Shown here one piece after another: positions 39,973 to 50,341 of a DNA stretch of 64,000 nucleotides (the first letter of the stretch is position 1; each line of letters begins with the position of its first letter). The stretch covers positions 320,001-384,000 of the forward strand of contig OZ251219.1 in assembly GCA_965240465.1 (NCBI GenBank), read 5' to 3'. The position numbers and the translations under genes were made by a program. Source of the stretch: a bacterium. GTDB taxonomy: Bacteria; SAR324; JACQKK01. The notes beneath the pieces were generated by a model, which saw nothing but the letters and a program-made list of their open reading frames with translations, searched no databases and was not told the DNA's origin.

Positions 39973-40911
39973 TTAGTACACATGAATATCCGAACGCTTA
40001 CGCAGAGTGGTCAGCAGGTTTTTCAGTCGCCTTTGTTCTTCTTGCTTACGGATGAGTTGGCGAAAGCGTTGCTTTTCTTGGGAGAGCATTTTACGGCAGT
40101 CTTGGGATTCAATTTGACGGCGGGCAAATACCTTGATGATATGTAATCCAAAACGGGTCTGCGTGGGAAAACTTACTTGACCCGGTTTTAGCAAAAAGGT
40201 AGCTTCCTCAAACGGACGCACCAGCTGACCGCGTTTTATATATCCTAGGCGTCCTTGATTTCTTGAGGCAAATGGGTCTTGTGAATAACGGACGGCTAGT
40301 TTGGTAAATTTTTCTCCCGCTAGTACTCGCTTGCGTAGCAGTAATAGCTTATCCCGTTGCTTAACTGAAACCTCTCTTCTTAGAATATGCCCTACATCCA
40401 CCTCATAATTGACCGAAGAATCCCGACTACAAACATCCATCACCTGCCGTTCTGAAATCACTACCTTGGCTGATACTTCTTGAACCATCACTTGTTGAGC
40501 TAATAGCTGTCGCACCAATATCTTGTGCGTCTGAATCTCGCCCAGGGCATATAGCAAACTTCCCTTCCGACGGCGTAGGGCATCCAACTGACGCTCTACC
40601 TGCTTTTCTGAAACCGACAACGATAATTGCTCTCCATGGATTGCCAACAACAGACTATTCACCAACTCTTGCTGCAAATTTTGTTCTAAGTTGCCTAATT
40701 GCTCAGCTAAGGCCTGACCGCTTAATCTTTGGCGGAGATCCCGAATTTGCACCTGTTTTAGGAGCTTAAATTCTCGTTGGGTGATGATCTTTTCATTGAC
40801 GGCGAGCTTAACTCCGTCCACCAGCACGGGAGCAGACCATCCCCGAGGAGGGAGGATCATTGCCATCAGCAGTACGAGCAGGGCTATTTTTGAGAACATT
40901 ATCTTATTCAA
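39973..40911 (-). CDS. SurA-like parvulin peptidyl-prolyl isomerase
   Basis: AVNEKIIT N-domain; HIL...F..LA..YSQD....GRLG......PFEEA.F.L..GQVS...TRFGLHII rotamase motif. Confidence 0.85.
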   Translation of the reverse strand: MNKIMFSKIALLVLLMAMILPPRGWSAPVLVDGVKLAVNEKIITQREFKLLKQVQIRDLRQRLSGQALAEQLGNLEQNLQQELVNSLLLAIHGEQLSLSVSEKQVERQLDALRRRKGSLLYALGEIQTHKILVRQLLAQQVMVQEVSAKVVISERQVMDVCSRDSSVNYEVDVGHILRREVSVKQRDKLLLLRKRVLAGEKFTKLAVRYSQDPFASRNQGRLGYIKRGQLVRPFEEATFLLKPGQVSFPTQTRFGLHIIKVFARRQIESQDCRKMLSQEKQRFRQLIRKQEEQRRLKNLLTTLRKRSDIHVY

Positions 40912-41726
40912 TTGGCTACCTCTTGCCTCAGGCGTTGCAGAGGAAAATTACTCCGTGACGGATTCTTTTCCAGACTAAGTACCCGCCATTGCTTAAACAA
41001 TCTTCCATTCAGGGTGTAGCTGACCTGAGAAGGAAAATAAGCTGATTGTGGCAAAGATAGTTTGCCATTGGTAAGGACCATAAAGTTGTCATAATGCTGT
41101 ACCAAAGCATATGCTCCCCGCTTGTCATGAATTAGAGTTTCTAAACGCACCGCCCGAAAGGGGTCTTGGCTGAGCCACAAAGATCGCTGAGATCCTTCCC
41201 CCAGCAATAGCAAATAACCCAACTTAGGATGCCTTGCTAAGCTAGTTTGTTGCGGATTTATTCCCCAGAACCCCAAGTGATTTTTCCAATCGGCAGCCCG
41301 ATTGGATAGCAAATCTACATAGGGAGGCTGAATATCCCAAACCGACCAAGGTCCACCTGCCAGCTGTCGTTGCCTTTCACGGCTACCATCCCGCACATAA
41401 ATATGCTGGAGCTTGCCCTCCAGAGAAAAACTCTCTACCCCCAAAAACTGCTCTGCTGCTATCCAATAAACCTTCTGCTTCCAGCTGCGTGAGCGGTTCT
41501 CCTGCGGAATTGCACCCTCGCCAGAAGACTTAGCAAAAACCGTAACCTGAGCGGTTATAATAGCACTCGTTATCACTGGAGAACGTTCTTCCACCCACTC
41601 CCAAATGGTGTCAACGGCTGGCAAATACCCCTGAACCGAACCCCCACTGCCCGCTACCCCAACCACCAACAGCACCAATAAAAATGCTCGCCAACCCCTA
41701 ATCTTTGAATGATAACTTCCCTGCAT
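40908..41726 (-). CDS. Exported hypothetical protein
   Basis: 272-aa ORF with signal-like N-terminus; overlaps the SurA-like start by 4 nt. Confidence 0.7.
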   Translation of the reverse strand: MQGSYHSKIRGWRAFLLVLLVVGVAGSGGSVQGYLPAVDTIWEWVEERSPVITSAIITAQVTVFAKSSGEGAIPQENRSRSWKQKVYWIAAEQFLGVESFSLEGKLQHIYVRDGSRERQRQLAGGPWSVWDIQPPYVDLLSNRAADWKNHLGFWGINPQQTSLARHPKLGYLLLLGEGSQRSLWLSQDPFRAVRLETLIHDKRGAYALVQHYDNFMVLTNGKLSLPQSAYFPSQVSYTLNGRLFKQWRVLSLEKNPSRSNFPLQRLRQEVAN

Positions 41727-41834
41727 AAATTAATCCTAGCTGAAAACCTTCTATCTCTCGTTCTTAGGTGGCACTCCTCCGCTTAAATCAGACGATGTTC
41801 ACCCTCTGCTAGGTATTTTATAACATGCCTAATC

Positions 41835-42815
41835 CTACATGTTCTCAGCTAGTTCTTTTCTAGCAGCCTCCAAAATACCCAAAGCATTCTGACGACAAAG
41901 CTGCTCAGCTACTTCATCTGCCAATTGCTGCCAATTATGCGGTTCTTGCCACCCATGGGCAAATGCTGTCTGGCTCCCCTCCAAAGAAGTTACCCGACCC
42001 CTTAAATGTAACTTCTTATTCTCCATCCTCGCCAAAGCCCCCACCGGAGCAAAACAACCTCCACTTAAATTAGTAAGCAAACGCCTTTCAGTCAACACAC
42101 AACGCTCTAAAATAGGTTGTCGCAGAGGTGCTAGCAAATTAGCAATATCGGAGCGTCCCTTAAGATATTGGCATGCCAACGCCCCTTGAGCCGGAGACGG
42201 AAGTAAGATCTCCAATCCAATGTACGAAGAAATCTTATCATTCAACCCCAACCGATGAACACCAGCCGCCGCCAAAATAACCCCATCCACCAGATCAGCA
42301 CCATTGCTACCTTCTCGCAGTGCCTGTTCAACCCGAGTATCAACATTCCCCCGCCAAGCCTTAAAAGATAAATCCCGACGCCAACTACATAATTGACTCT
42401 GTCGCCTGAGACTACTCGTCCCCAAACATGCCCCCTGAGGAAGATCCTCCAATCCGCCATGCTTGCTCACCAACACATCTCTCACATCTTCTCTCTCCGA
42501 TACCAAACACCACTCCAACTGCTCCGCTGAACTGGATTCAATGTCCTTGCAAGAGGCTACCACCAACTCTATTTCCCCTGCCAGCAAAGCCTTCTCCAAG
42601 GTGCTATTAAAAATACCTCCTCCCCTCTCCGCATATAAATTCACCATGGAAACCCCCTGAAAAACATCCCCTAGCGACTCCCTAACACATTCCTCACAAC
42701 GCAAATTAGGCCATCGCAATTGTAATTGCCTAATCACTTGGCGCGCTTGAAGCAAAGCTAATCGGCTACCTCTGGTGCCAACCCTCAATTTCCCTGAGAA
42801 GATTTTCTTACTCAC
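41835..42815 (-). CDS. hemC: Hydroxymethylbilane synthase (porphobilinogen deaminase)
   Basis: GTRGSRLAL.Q, REDVRD, GTSSLRR, RGNVDTR, ILAAAG, QGAL, GGC..PVG; start set at GTG 42815 (uncertain). Confidence 0.9.
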   Translation of the reverse strand: MSKKIFSGKLRVGTRGSRLALLQARQVIRQLQLRWPNLRCEECVRESLGDVFQGVSMVNLYAERGGGIFNSTLEKALLAGEIELVVASCKDIESSSAEQLEWCLVSEREDVRDVLVSKHGGLEDLPQGACLGTSSLRRQSQLCSWRRDLSFKAWRGNVDTRVEQALREGSNGADLVDGVILAAAGVHRLGLNDKISSYIGLEILLPSPAQGALACQYLKGRSDIANLLAPLRQPILERCVLTERRLLTNLSGGCFAPVGALARMENKKLHLRGRVTSLEGSQTAFAHGWQEPHNWQQLADEVAEQLCRQNALGILEAARKELAENM

Positions 42816-43048
42816 ATACACCCTTTGTGGATCACCCCCCTCCCTCTTTTCTCCCCTTACTAGTTGGCAGATTGCTGGATTGCTGGTCTGACCTAAACCC
42901 ATTTCATCCTAGGAACGGATTGTACCACAACAATACCAGTTATGGTGTAGGCTAGAACTCAGCGTGAAAAATGAGAAAATTACCAAGTTCTAGTATCAAA
43001 GAAATAATAGCAAGGAAATAATAGCAAAGGAATAATGGCAAAGGAATA

Positions 43049-44272
43049 ATGGGAACAGCAAAACTCTCTATAACACAATTGAAGTTGCCGGGCTTACGAG
43101 TGCTAATGCGGGTGGATTTCAATGTACCCTTAGACGAGCAAGGTCAGGTTGCCGATGACTATCGGCTGTTAGAGTCCCTGCCGAGTATAAAGCATATTTT
43201 AGAGCGTGGGGGGCGTTTAATTTTAATATCGCATTTAGGACGACCGTCGGGGAAGCCAGTCAGCCAGTATTCGCTGCAGCCAGTCGCCCAAAGATTGGAA
43301 GCTCTGCTGGGACAGACAGTCCGTTTTTGTGCCGATATTCTAGGCGAGCAAGCTCAAGCAGCGGTAAAATCTTTGCTACCAGGGCAAGTGCTTTTGCTGG
43401 AGAACCTACGCTTTAACCCTAGTGAAATCACCAATGACGCTCAATTTGCTCGTCAATTGGCAGATTTTGGAGATGTGTTCATCAGTGATGCATTTGGGGT
43501 ATTGCATCGTACTCAGGCTTCTACTGAGGCTCTGCCCCATTGTTTTAAGCAGGCAGCCTGTGGATTGCTGGTAGAAAAAGAAGTTCAATTTTTGCAAACC
43601 TTATTCAAAGATCGCCGTCGCAAGCCTACCGTAGCCGTTTTAGGAGGGAAGAAAGTTTCCGACAAAATGGGGTTGATCCGAGCTCTGTTGCAGAAGGTGA
43701 ATACCGTCATGATCGGTGGAGCCATGGCTTACACCTTCTTAAAGGCGAAGGGGAATACCATTGGAGATTCCCCGGTGGAAGAAGAGCAACTAGAACTGGC
43801 AGCCGAGCTGGAACTATTTAGCCTGCAACAAGGTAAAGCCCTGCTCCTGCCCTTAGATCACCTCATCGCCCCGAGTGCGACAACATCCCGCAAACGAGCA
43901 TCAGCTGGAGAAACAAACAGCGTCTGTGGCGGAGTTAACATTCCCCCAGGGATGGTAGGAATGGATATAGGTCCGATGACCTTGCAAGCTTATATCAACA
44001 GCGTATTGCGTTCTAAATTGGTTATCTGGAATGGTCCCCTAGGAGTGTTTGAACAACCCGCCTTTGCCAAGGGTACTTTGGATTTAGCTGCCGCCATGGC
44101 CAGATCCGATGCCACCACTCTGGTCGGAGGAGGCGAATCGGTAGCTGCCATTCGCCAAGCAGGACTGCAACAACAGATTACCCGTATCTCCACTGGTGGT
44201 GGTGCTACTCTAGCCTTTCTAGAAGATAAACCCCTCCCCGGCCTAGCCGCCCTAACCGATGCTAGTACCTAG
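43049..44272 (+). CDS. pgk: Phosphoglycerate kinase
   Basis: RVDFNVP, SHLGRP, LLENLRF, GGKKVSDK, WNGPLGVFE, STGGGA. Confidence 0.97.
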   Translation: MGTAKLSITQLKLPGLRVLMRVDFNVPLDEQGQVADDYRLLESLPSIKHILERGGRLILISHLGRPSGKPVSQYSLQPVAQRLEALLGQTVRFCADILGEQAQAAVKSLLPGQVLLLENLRFNPSEITNDAQFARQLADFGDVFISDAFGVLHRTQASTEALPHCFKQAACGLLVEKEVQFLQTLFKDRRRKPTVAVLGGKKVSDKMGLIRALLQKVNTVMIGGAMAYTFLKAKGNTIGDSPVEEEQLELAAELELFSLQQGKALLLPLDHLIAPSATTSRKRASAGETNSVCGGVNIPPGMVGMDIGPMTLQAYINSVLRSKLVIWNGPLGVFEQPAFAKGTLDLAAAMARSDATTLVGGGESVAAIRQAGLQQQITRISTGGGATLAFLEDKPLPGLAALTDAST

Positions 44273-44638
44273 CTCCTGATGGCTGGATGAGTATTGGCAA
44301 AATATCTGCCAGCTTTGGCAAAGTTCTAGCATGAAGGCATGCTAGGTGGTTCTGAAGAGGGAGCAGGGGGCGGGCATGATTGCAGGGGGCAGGCATGATT
44401 CAGGAGGCGGGCATAGGTGCGGGCAGGGCGAGTTAGTGGGGGGGGGGGAGGGGGGGTCTTTCAGCTGAGTCATCAATCATTTTGGGCTAAGCATTGGTCG
44501 GAAAGAATAAAGCCAGAAGAGGAAAGATATGCAAAGAAATATGACAAGAAAAGCCACGCCAAGAAAAGCCAAAATAGGAAAGATATGCAAAGAAATATGA
44601 CAAGAAAAGCCACGCCAAGAAGAGCCATGCAAAGAAAT

Positions 44639-45493
44639 ATGCCAAGTATGGCACTAGTTTGGTGGCTGGCTATGGCAATCCTAAGCCAATTTCCCTTGAT
44701 TACCCAAGCTAAGCCAGCAGTTTTTGCATTCAATCCTAAGGTAGGGATTGAGCGTCTTTCACTTTCCACAGAACGTATAACCAGCCAAGAGGATTTTTTC
44801 CTGCAGGTTTCTCTTTACAACCGAGGCCCACAATCACTGCAAGTATGGATTCTAGCCCAGCTAGAATCTCGCCCTGACCACGGAGCAAAAACCATTCTCA
44901 AGCCGCACTGGAAGAAGGTTCAGTTACCGCCATCTTTTAATCGCAATTTGTTTTTGCCCTTAGCGACTCCATCCCGATCGGGCTTTTGGCAAGTGAGGGT
45001 CAACTTGTTTGGTCCCGAACAAAAACAATCACTTTTGCCTGCCAGCTACACCCTCCCCTTTAGCAGCAGCTACGGAGGTATAGAGGAAATCTCCTCAGAA
45101 ATGGCCCTGAGCGAAAAAACATTCTCGCCAACCATCAACCTAGTACTCCCCGATCTAGCTTGGGAAGCCATTCAGGTTATTCCTACTAAAACCAATCAAT
45201 TCCACCTAAGAGGATTACTCATCAACCAAGGTGGTAGCCCAGCTAAGCATATTGTCTTGCATGGAATTTATGCTACCCCCGATAACTCCAATAAACTTCA
45301 ATCATTGGAAACACCCGTGCTTATTAACTTACTATCCCCAGGAGAACAAATATGGGTAGATATCAAAGATGAATTCCCTCCCCAAGCCAAAAACCCCACT
45401 CGCATAGGAATACAAGCCGATCCCAAAAACCTCATCCCAGAAGCCCAAGAGGATAATAACGATGTCTATGCCTCGCCCTTTGTTTTTCGCTAG
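44639..45493 (+). CDS. Exported protein with C-terminal CARDB-like Ig domain
   Basis: Signal-like MALVWWLAMAIL...A; LPDL...INQG...ADPKNLIPEAQEDNN signature; start uncertain. Confidence 0.6.
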   Translation: MPSMALVWWLAMAILSQFPLITQAKPAVFAFNPKVGIERLSLSTERITSQEDFFLQVSLYNRGPQSLQVWILAQLESRPDHGAKTILKPHWKKVQLPPSFNRNLFLPLATPSRSGFWQVRVNLFGPEQKQSLLPASYTLPFSSSYGGIEEISSEMALSEKTFSPTINLVLPDLAWEAIQVIPTKTNQFHLRGLLINQGGSPAKHIVLHGIYATPDNSNKLQSLETPVLINLLSPGEQIWVDIKDEFPPQAKNPTRIGIQADPKNLIPEAQEDNNDVYASPFVFR

Positions 45494-45717
45494 CTCATCG
45501 GGAGCAAACTTAAAGCAGGCTCAAATCAAACTTAAAGCAGGATAATAACGATGTCTATGCCTCGCCCTTTGTTTTTCGCTAGCTCATCGGGAGCAAACTT
45601 AAAGCAGGCTTAAATCAAATTTAAAGGAGGATAATAACGATGTCTATGCCTCGCCCTTTGTTTTTCGCTAGCTCATCGGGAGCAAACTTAAAGCAGGCTC
45701 AAATCAAACTTAAAGGA
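45451..45717. repeat. 89-bp tandem repeat x3
   Basis: Units start at 45451, 45540 and 45629; spans the stop codons of two convergent genes. Confidence 0.93.
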
Positions 45718-46717
45718 GGCTCAAAGCTACTTCTGCCAGCCGATTGCAGTATCCCCATTCATTGTCGTACCAAGCGAGAAGCTTCACCATTTTTCCTCCT
45801 ATCAGTTTGGTACTGGGAGCATCTAGAATGGAAGAGTGAGTATTGCCTTTGAAATCTATGGATACCAAGGGCTCATCGCTGTACTGCAGAATTCCCTTTA
45901 AGTGTCCCTCAGCAGCTTCCTTCAGCTTGGCATTGATGCCTCCTTGGCTGGCTGGCTCGCTAAGAATAGCGGTGAAATCCACCACCGAGCAAGTGGGGAT
46001 CGGCACTCGGATGGCGAATCCGTCTAGCTTTCCTTGCAATTCAGGTAGCACTAAACCGATCGCACTAGCAGCCCCAGTAGTGGTAGGGATCATGGAAAGA
46101 GCCGCCGCACGTGCTCTTCTGAGATCTTTATTAGATCTATCAAGGGTGTGTTGATCATTGGTGTAGGCGTGGATGGTGGTCATCAAGCCATGGGAGATTC
46201 CCCAGTTTTGATGGAGTACTTGGGCTAAGGGAGCTAGGCAATTAGTAGTACAAGAGGCATTGGAGATCACATGATGCTGGTCGGGCTGATAGCGATCTAG
46301 ATTAACTCCCTTTACCAAGGTTATATCTACATCTTTGGCAGGAGCGGAGATCAACACTTTTTTAGCCCCTGCCTGTAAATGAACACTGGCTGAAGCTCTG
46401 TCTACAAAATGGCCAGTACATTCCAGCATCACTTGGATGCCTTGGGCTTGTAGAGGTAATTTGGCAGGATCTCTTTCGGCAGAGACCATGATTTTTTTAC
46501 CGTCCACTACCAAGTTATTGCCATCTGTACGCACCTCTGCAGAGAAGATGCCGTAATTGGAATCGTACTTCAGCAGGTGTGCCAGAGTTTCTACTCCAGC
46601 GGGATCGTTGATCAGTTTAACTTCAAAGTTTGAGTTATCAAAGTTTGGGTTATTGCGGGATGCCCGCAAGACATTGCGGCCAACCCGTCCAAATCCATTT
46701 ATTCCTATGGCAGTCAT
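45710..46717 (-). CDS. gap: Glyceraldehyde-3-phosphate dehydrogenase, type I
   Basis: GINGFGRVGR, SNASCTTNCLAP, WYDNEWGY. Confidence 0.97.
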   Translation of the reverse strand: MTAIGINGFGRVGRNVLRASRNNPNFDNSNFEVKLINDPAGVETLAHLLKYDSNYGIFSAEVRTDGNNLVVDGKKIMVSAERDPAKLPLQAQGIQVMLECTGHFVDRASASVHLQAGAKKVLISAPAKDVDITLVKGVNLDRYQPDQHHVISNASCTTNCLAPLAQVLHQNWGISHGLMTTIHAYTNDQHTLDRSNKDLRRARAAALSMIPTTTGAASAIGLVLPELQGKLDGFAIRVPIPTCSVVDFTAILSEPASQGGINAKLKEAAEGHLKGILQYSDEPLVSIDFKGNTHSSILDAPSTKLIGGKMVKLLAWYDNEWGYCNRLAEVALSLL

Positions 46718-46834
46718 TAATTCAATTTAACAAATAATAAATTCTGATATTTGCTAGACGATGCTAGCCTATCCGAGCAGTAAAATAAACCCTATCTTTT
46801 TCGGAGTTTATCATTTAGTCCTCAGCTACTCTTT

Positions 46835-46912
46835 TTAAGCATTCCAATTTAAGCATTCCAATTTAAGCATTCCAATTTAAGCATTCCAATTTAAGCATTC
46901 CAATTTAAGCAT
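46835..46912. repeat. 14-bp tandem repeat, ~5.5 copies (TTTAAGCATTCCAA)
   Basis: Read directly; in the gap/ribBA divergent region. Confidence 0.9.
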
Positions 46913-47091
46913 CTCAATAATCATCCACCACCAGCTAGCATGCTAATTAGCAATTGCCAATTAGCAATTGCCAATTGCTACACTTGTTGGGATAATGAGG
47001 GGCTACGGGTGATGGTTTTCGTTGCCCTTCAAACAACGCTCTTCGCATGTCATCTTAACCATAAGCTTAGCTATCGTCCTATCTATTTATC

Positions 47092-48363
47092 ATGGCTGAA
47101 AAGACCTCTCCTGAATCGGTCCCAGAAGATACCACCGTTACCATAGGCTCGGATTTATCTTTGGCTAGGTCCCACCATTTTGACAGCGTGCAAGCTGCCA
47201 TAGAAGCCTTCGGTCGCGGGGAGATGGTGATAATGGCGGATGATGAAAGCCGAGAAAATGAGGGCGATTTAGTCTGTGCTGCTCAGTATGTAACTCCTGA
47301 GATTATAAATTTTATGGCTCGTAAGGCCGGGGGATTGATATGTATGGCCTTGCATGCAGAGATCGTAAAGCAACTGAAATTGCCCATGATGGTGCAAGAA
47401 AATAACAGTACCCATGGCACTCCCTTTACGGTGAGTGTGGAAGCTCGCCGCGGGGTTACCACTGGCATTTCTGCCTTTGATCGTGCCCATACCATTCGTA
47501 CTGCTACCGATCCTGAAGCTTTACCCGAAGATTTGGTATCCCCAGGGCATGTATTTCCTCTAAAAGCCGAGGAAGGCGGAGTGCTAGTAAGAGCTGGTCA
47601 AACCGAAGGCTCGGTAGACTTAGCCTTGATGGCAGGATTACGCCCAGCGGGGGTATTGTGTGAAATAATGGATGAGGATGGGCGAATGGCACGCTATCCT
47701 CGTCTGCGTCAATTTGCTGATGAGTATGGCATCAAGTTCATTACCATTTCCGATCTAATCGCTTGGAGGAAGTGCAAGGAGATCTCTGTTCGTCGGTTGG
47801 CTTCTTGTACCTTACCTACTGCGGTGGGCAAATTCCAAATGATTGGTTATCAACACCAGAACAAGAAATTTGATTATGTTGCCCTTACCAAAGGTAGCTG
47901 GAAAGCTGATGAGCCTGTGCTGGTACGGGTGCATTCTCAGTGTTTGACTGGTGATGTATTTTCCTCATTGCGTTGTGATTGCGGCAGTCAATTGCAAGCA
48001 GCCATGCGTATGGTAGCCGCAGAAAAGGGAGTAGTGCTTTATCTGCCTCAGGAAGGACGCGGGATCGGGCTGATAAATAAGATCCGAGCTTATGCTATCC
48101 AAGACCAAGGAGCAGACACCGTGGAGGCCAATCACCGCTTAGGCTTCAACGAAGATTTACGTCATTATGGCATCGGAGCTCAAATCCTCAGCGATATGGG
48201 TATCCGCAAGATGCGTCTCATTACCAACAATCCTCGCAAGATTGTCGGGCTTTCAGGTCACGGACTGGAGGTGGTGGATAGGGTCCCCTTGAAAATCACC
48301 CCCGCCGATGAAAATCGCCAATACCTGCGGGTGAAAAAAGAAAAACTGGGACACATGCTTTGA
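47092..48363 (+). CDS. ribBA: Bifunctional DHBP synthase / GTP cyclohydrolase II
   Basis: DDESRENEGDL, TTGISAFDR, PGHVFPL; RVHSQCLTGD..SLRCDCG, QEGRGIGL. Confidence 0.97.
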   Translation: MAEKTSPESVPEDTTVTIGSDLSLARSHHFDSVQAAIEAFGRGEMVIMADDESRENEGDLVCAAQYVTPEIINFMARKAGGLICMALHAEIVKQLKLPMMVQENNSTHGTPFTVSVEARRGVTTGISAFDRAHTIRTATDPEALPEDLVSPGHVFPLKAEEGGVLVRAGQTEGSVDLALMAGLRPAGVLCEIMDEDGRMARYPRLRQFADEYGIKFITISDLIAWRKCKEISVRRLASCTLPTAVGKFQMIGYQHQNKKFDYVALTKGSWKADEPVLVRVHSQCLTGDVFSSLRCDCGSQLQAAMRMVAAEKGVVLYLPQEGRGIGLINKIRAYAIQDQGADTVEANHRLGFNEDLRHYGIGAQILSDMGIRKMRLITNNPRKIVGLSGHGLEVVDRVPLKITPADENRQYLRVKKEKLGHML

Positions 48364-48377
48364 ACAAGAGCTAAGCC

Positions 48378-48851
48378 ATGGCTGAATCTTCCGCACCTGC
48401 AACCGCAGAGAGCTTGAAAATCGCTATTTTGGTAGCCCGATTTAATCAAATAGTCACCGAAAGACTGCAGGACGGAGCCCAAAAAGCCTTTCAACAGGCA
48501 GGTGAATCTCCCTCGCAACTGGATGTTATCCACACCCCAGGTGCATTTGAGCTCCCTCAACTCGCCGCCCAGCTAGCCCGCTCAGGCAAGCACCATGCTC
48601 TGGTAGCCCTAGGGGCGGTCATCCAGGGTGAAACCACCCACTTTGAATATCTAAGCAGCAGTACCATTCAGGGGCTGATGCAGATAAGCCTCCAGTATCA
48701 TCTACCAATCGGGCTGGGAGTGCTGACGGTGAAATCCCTAGCCCAAGCACTAGAACGAACCCAAGCTGACAACAGCAATAAGGGGCATGAAGCCATGAGA
48801 AGTGCCCTAGAAATGTCTCAGCTATTACGCTCGCTTAAAAGCCCAGATTAG
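48378..48851 (+). CDS. ribH: 6,7-dimethyl-8-ribityllumazine synthase
   Basis: ARFN, PGAFELP, LGAVIQGETTHFEY, NKG.EA. Confidence 0.95.
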   Translation: MAESSAPATAESLKIAILVARFNQIVTERLQDGAQKAFQQAGESPSQLDVIHTPGAFELPQLAAQLARSGKHHALVALGAVIQGETTHFEYLSSSTIQGLMQISLQYHLPIGLGVLTVKSLAQALERTQADNSNKGHEAMRSALEMSQLLRSLKSPD

Positions 48852-49012
48852 CTCTTTCCTTACGCTCTTCAGTGCCTATTTATAGTCCTACTGCTCCTCC
48901 CCCTACTGCTCCTCTTGCCCCCTACTGCCCCTCCCTCTGCCCTTCATCCTTGCCACACCCTCTGCCCTTCATCCTTGCCCCTCGCCACACCCTTTGCCAG
49001 CCAAACACCTGT

Positions 49013-50341
49013 ATGAGTAAGATAATCAACTGGCAGGGTAGCAATGAATTGCAACAGATTGGTGAGAAACTACAAAGGGCTGGGGGGCGTCCTATTTTGG
49101 TGGGTGGCTGGGTTCGTGACCGCATCTTGGGACTGCCTGCTGGTCACGATTATGATGTAGAGGTATTTGGACTATCTGCTGAAAAGCTCTCCGCTCTGCT
49201 AGGCACTTTTGGTACCATACACGCGGTGGGAAAGCACTTTGGGGTTTTCAAATTAGATATCAAGAACAGCCATTATGATTTTAGTCTCCCTCGCCGTGAA
49301 AGCAATATCGGACCTGGACACAAGAATTTTACCATCAACACCGACCCCAAACTGGATTATCAAGAGGCTGCTTCTCGCCGTGATTTTACCATCAATAGTT
49401 TGGGATATGCCTTCTTGGAAGACACCCTCTTAGATCCCTTTAATGGGTACACTCACTTACAGAAACGTTGGTTACAGCACATCAGCCCGGCCTTTGCCGA
49501 AGACCCTCTTAGAGTACTAAGGGCCATGCAGCTGGCGGCTCGCTTTGGTTTGGAAATCGCTCCTGAAACCCTGATCATCTGCCGAAAACAAGACCTCGCT
49601 GAACTTCCTAAGGAACGCATCTGGGAAGAATGGAAAAAACTGCTCCTGACTAGCAAACCATCTCAAGGACTGAGTTGGGCTCCTCAATTGGGCATTTGCG
49701 ATTTCTTTCCGCCTCTTAAGAAACTCTTTCACCATCGTCAGCACTGGGAACAAACTCTCTCCTCCTTAGACAAACTGGCTACCATCAAGCAGGAACACCC
49801 CAAAAATCAACAACTAGTTCTCATGCTGGCTGGCTTGTTATTCTACTTGGATGAACACCCCAACCCACCGCCACTTCCTCGCCCACTGAGTCAACTTCCC
49901 CACGCCATCTCCATGCTAGAAAGCCTCATCGGAGAACAACATCTCTCCAAAGATGTACTTGCACTGCTGGCTGATGCCCTTACCCCGCAGCAGATCCGTT
50001 GTCAACCAACCTCAGCCATGGGCGATTTAGGCAGATTATCCCTCAGAGTTCCAATCGCTCTGTTACATACCCTGCTATTGAGTACCTCGCCTGAAGCCCT
50101 CACTTCATGGCTTGAAAAGCAATCCCAGCAATACCTAGTCTGGGAGACCGCCCCGACCCCCTTAATAAAGGGCAAACACCTACTAGAACTGGGCTACTTG
50201 CCAGGCTCAGCAATGGGAAAATTGCTTAAACGGGCATTTCAAGCTCAACTAAATGGACACTTCTCCTCCCAGCCCGAGGGCTTGAAATGGCTAAAACAAC
50301 AACCACTACTTGGCAAATCCTTAGAGAAAAAACCCCGATAA
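49013..50341 (+). CDS. cca: tRNA nucleotidyltransferase (class II, CCA- or A-adding)
   Basis: LVGGWVRD, DYDVEV, RRDFTIN, EDPLRVLR, ERIWEEW.K; start moved to ATG 49013. Confidence 0.85.
   Translation: MSKIINWQGSNELQQIGEKLQRAGGRPILVGGWVRDRILGLPAGHDYDVEVFGLSAEKLSALLGTFGTIHAVGKHFGVFKLDIKNSHYDFSLPRRESNIGPGHKNFTINTDPKLDYQEAASRRDFTINSLGYAFLEDTLLDPFNGYTHLQKRWLQHISPAFAEDPLRVLRAMQLAARFGLEIAPETLIICRKQDLAELPKERIWEEWKKLLLTSKPSQGLSWAPQLGICDFFPPLKKLFHHRQHWEQTLSSLDKLATIKQEHPKNQQLVLMLAGLLFYLDEHPNPPPLPRPLSQLPHAISMLESLIGEQHLSKDVLALLADALTPQQIRCQPTSAMGDLGRLSLRVPIALLHTLLLSTSPEALTSWLEKQSQQYLVWETAPTPLIKGKHLLELGYLPGSAMGKLLKRAFQAQLNGHFSSQPEGLKWLKQQPLLGKSLEKKPR

Noticed and set aside
46920-47091. FMN riboswitch upstream of ribBA
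   Set aside because: No AGGGC...GGTGAAATTCCC-type conserved motifs seen
48872-49012. Pro-rich N-terminal extension of cca; likewise the 44417 start of the CARDB-like ORF and the 2110, 4610 and 9444 starts
   Set aside because: Low-complexity or promoter/UTR sequence upstream of better-supported starts
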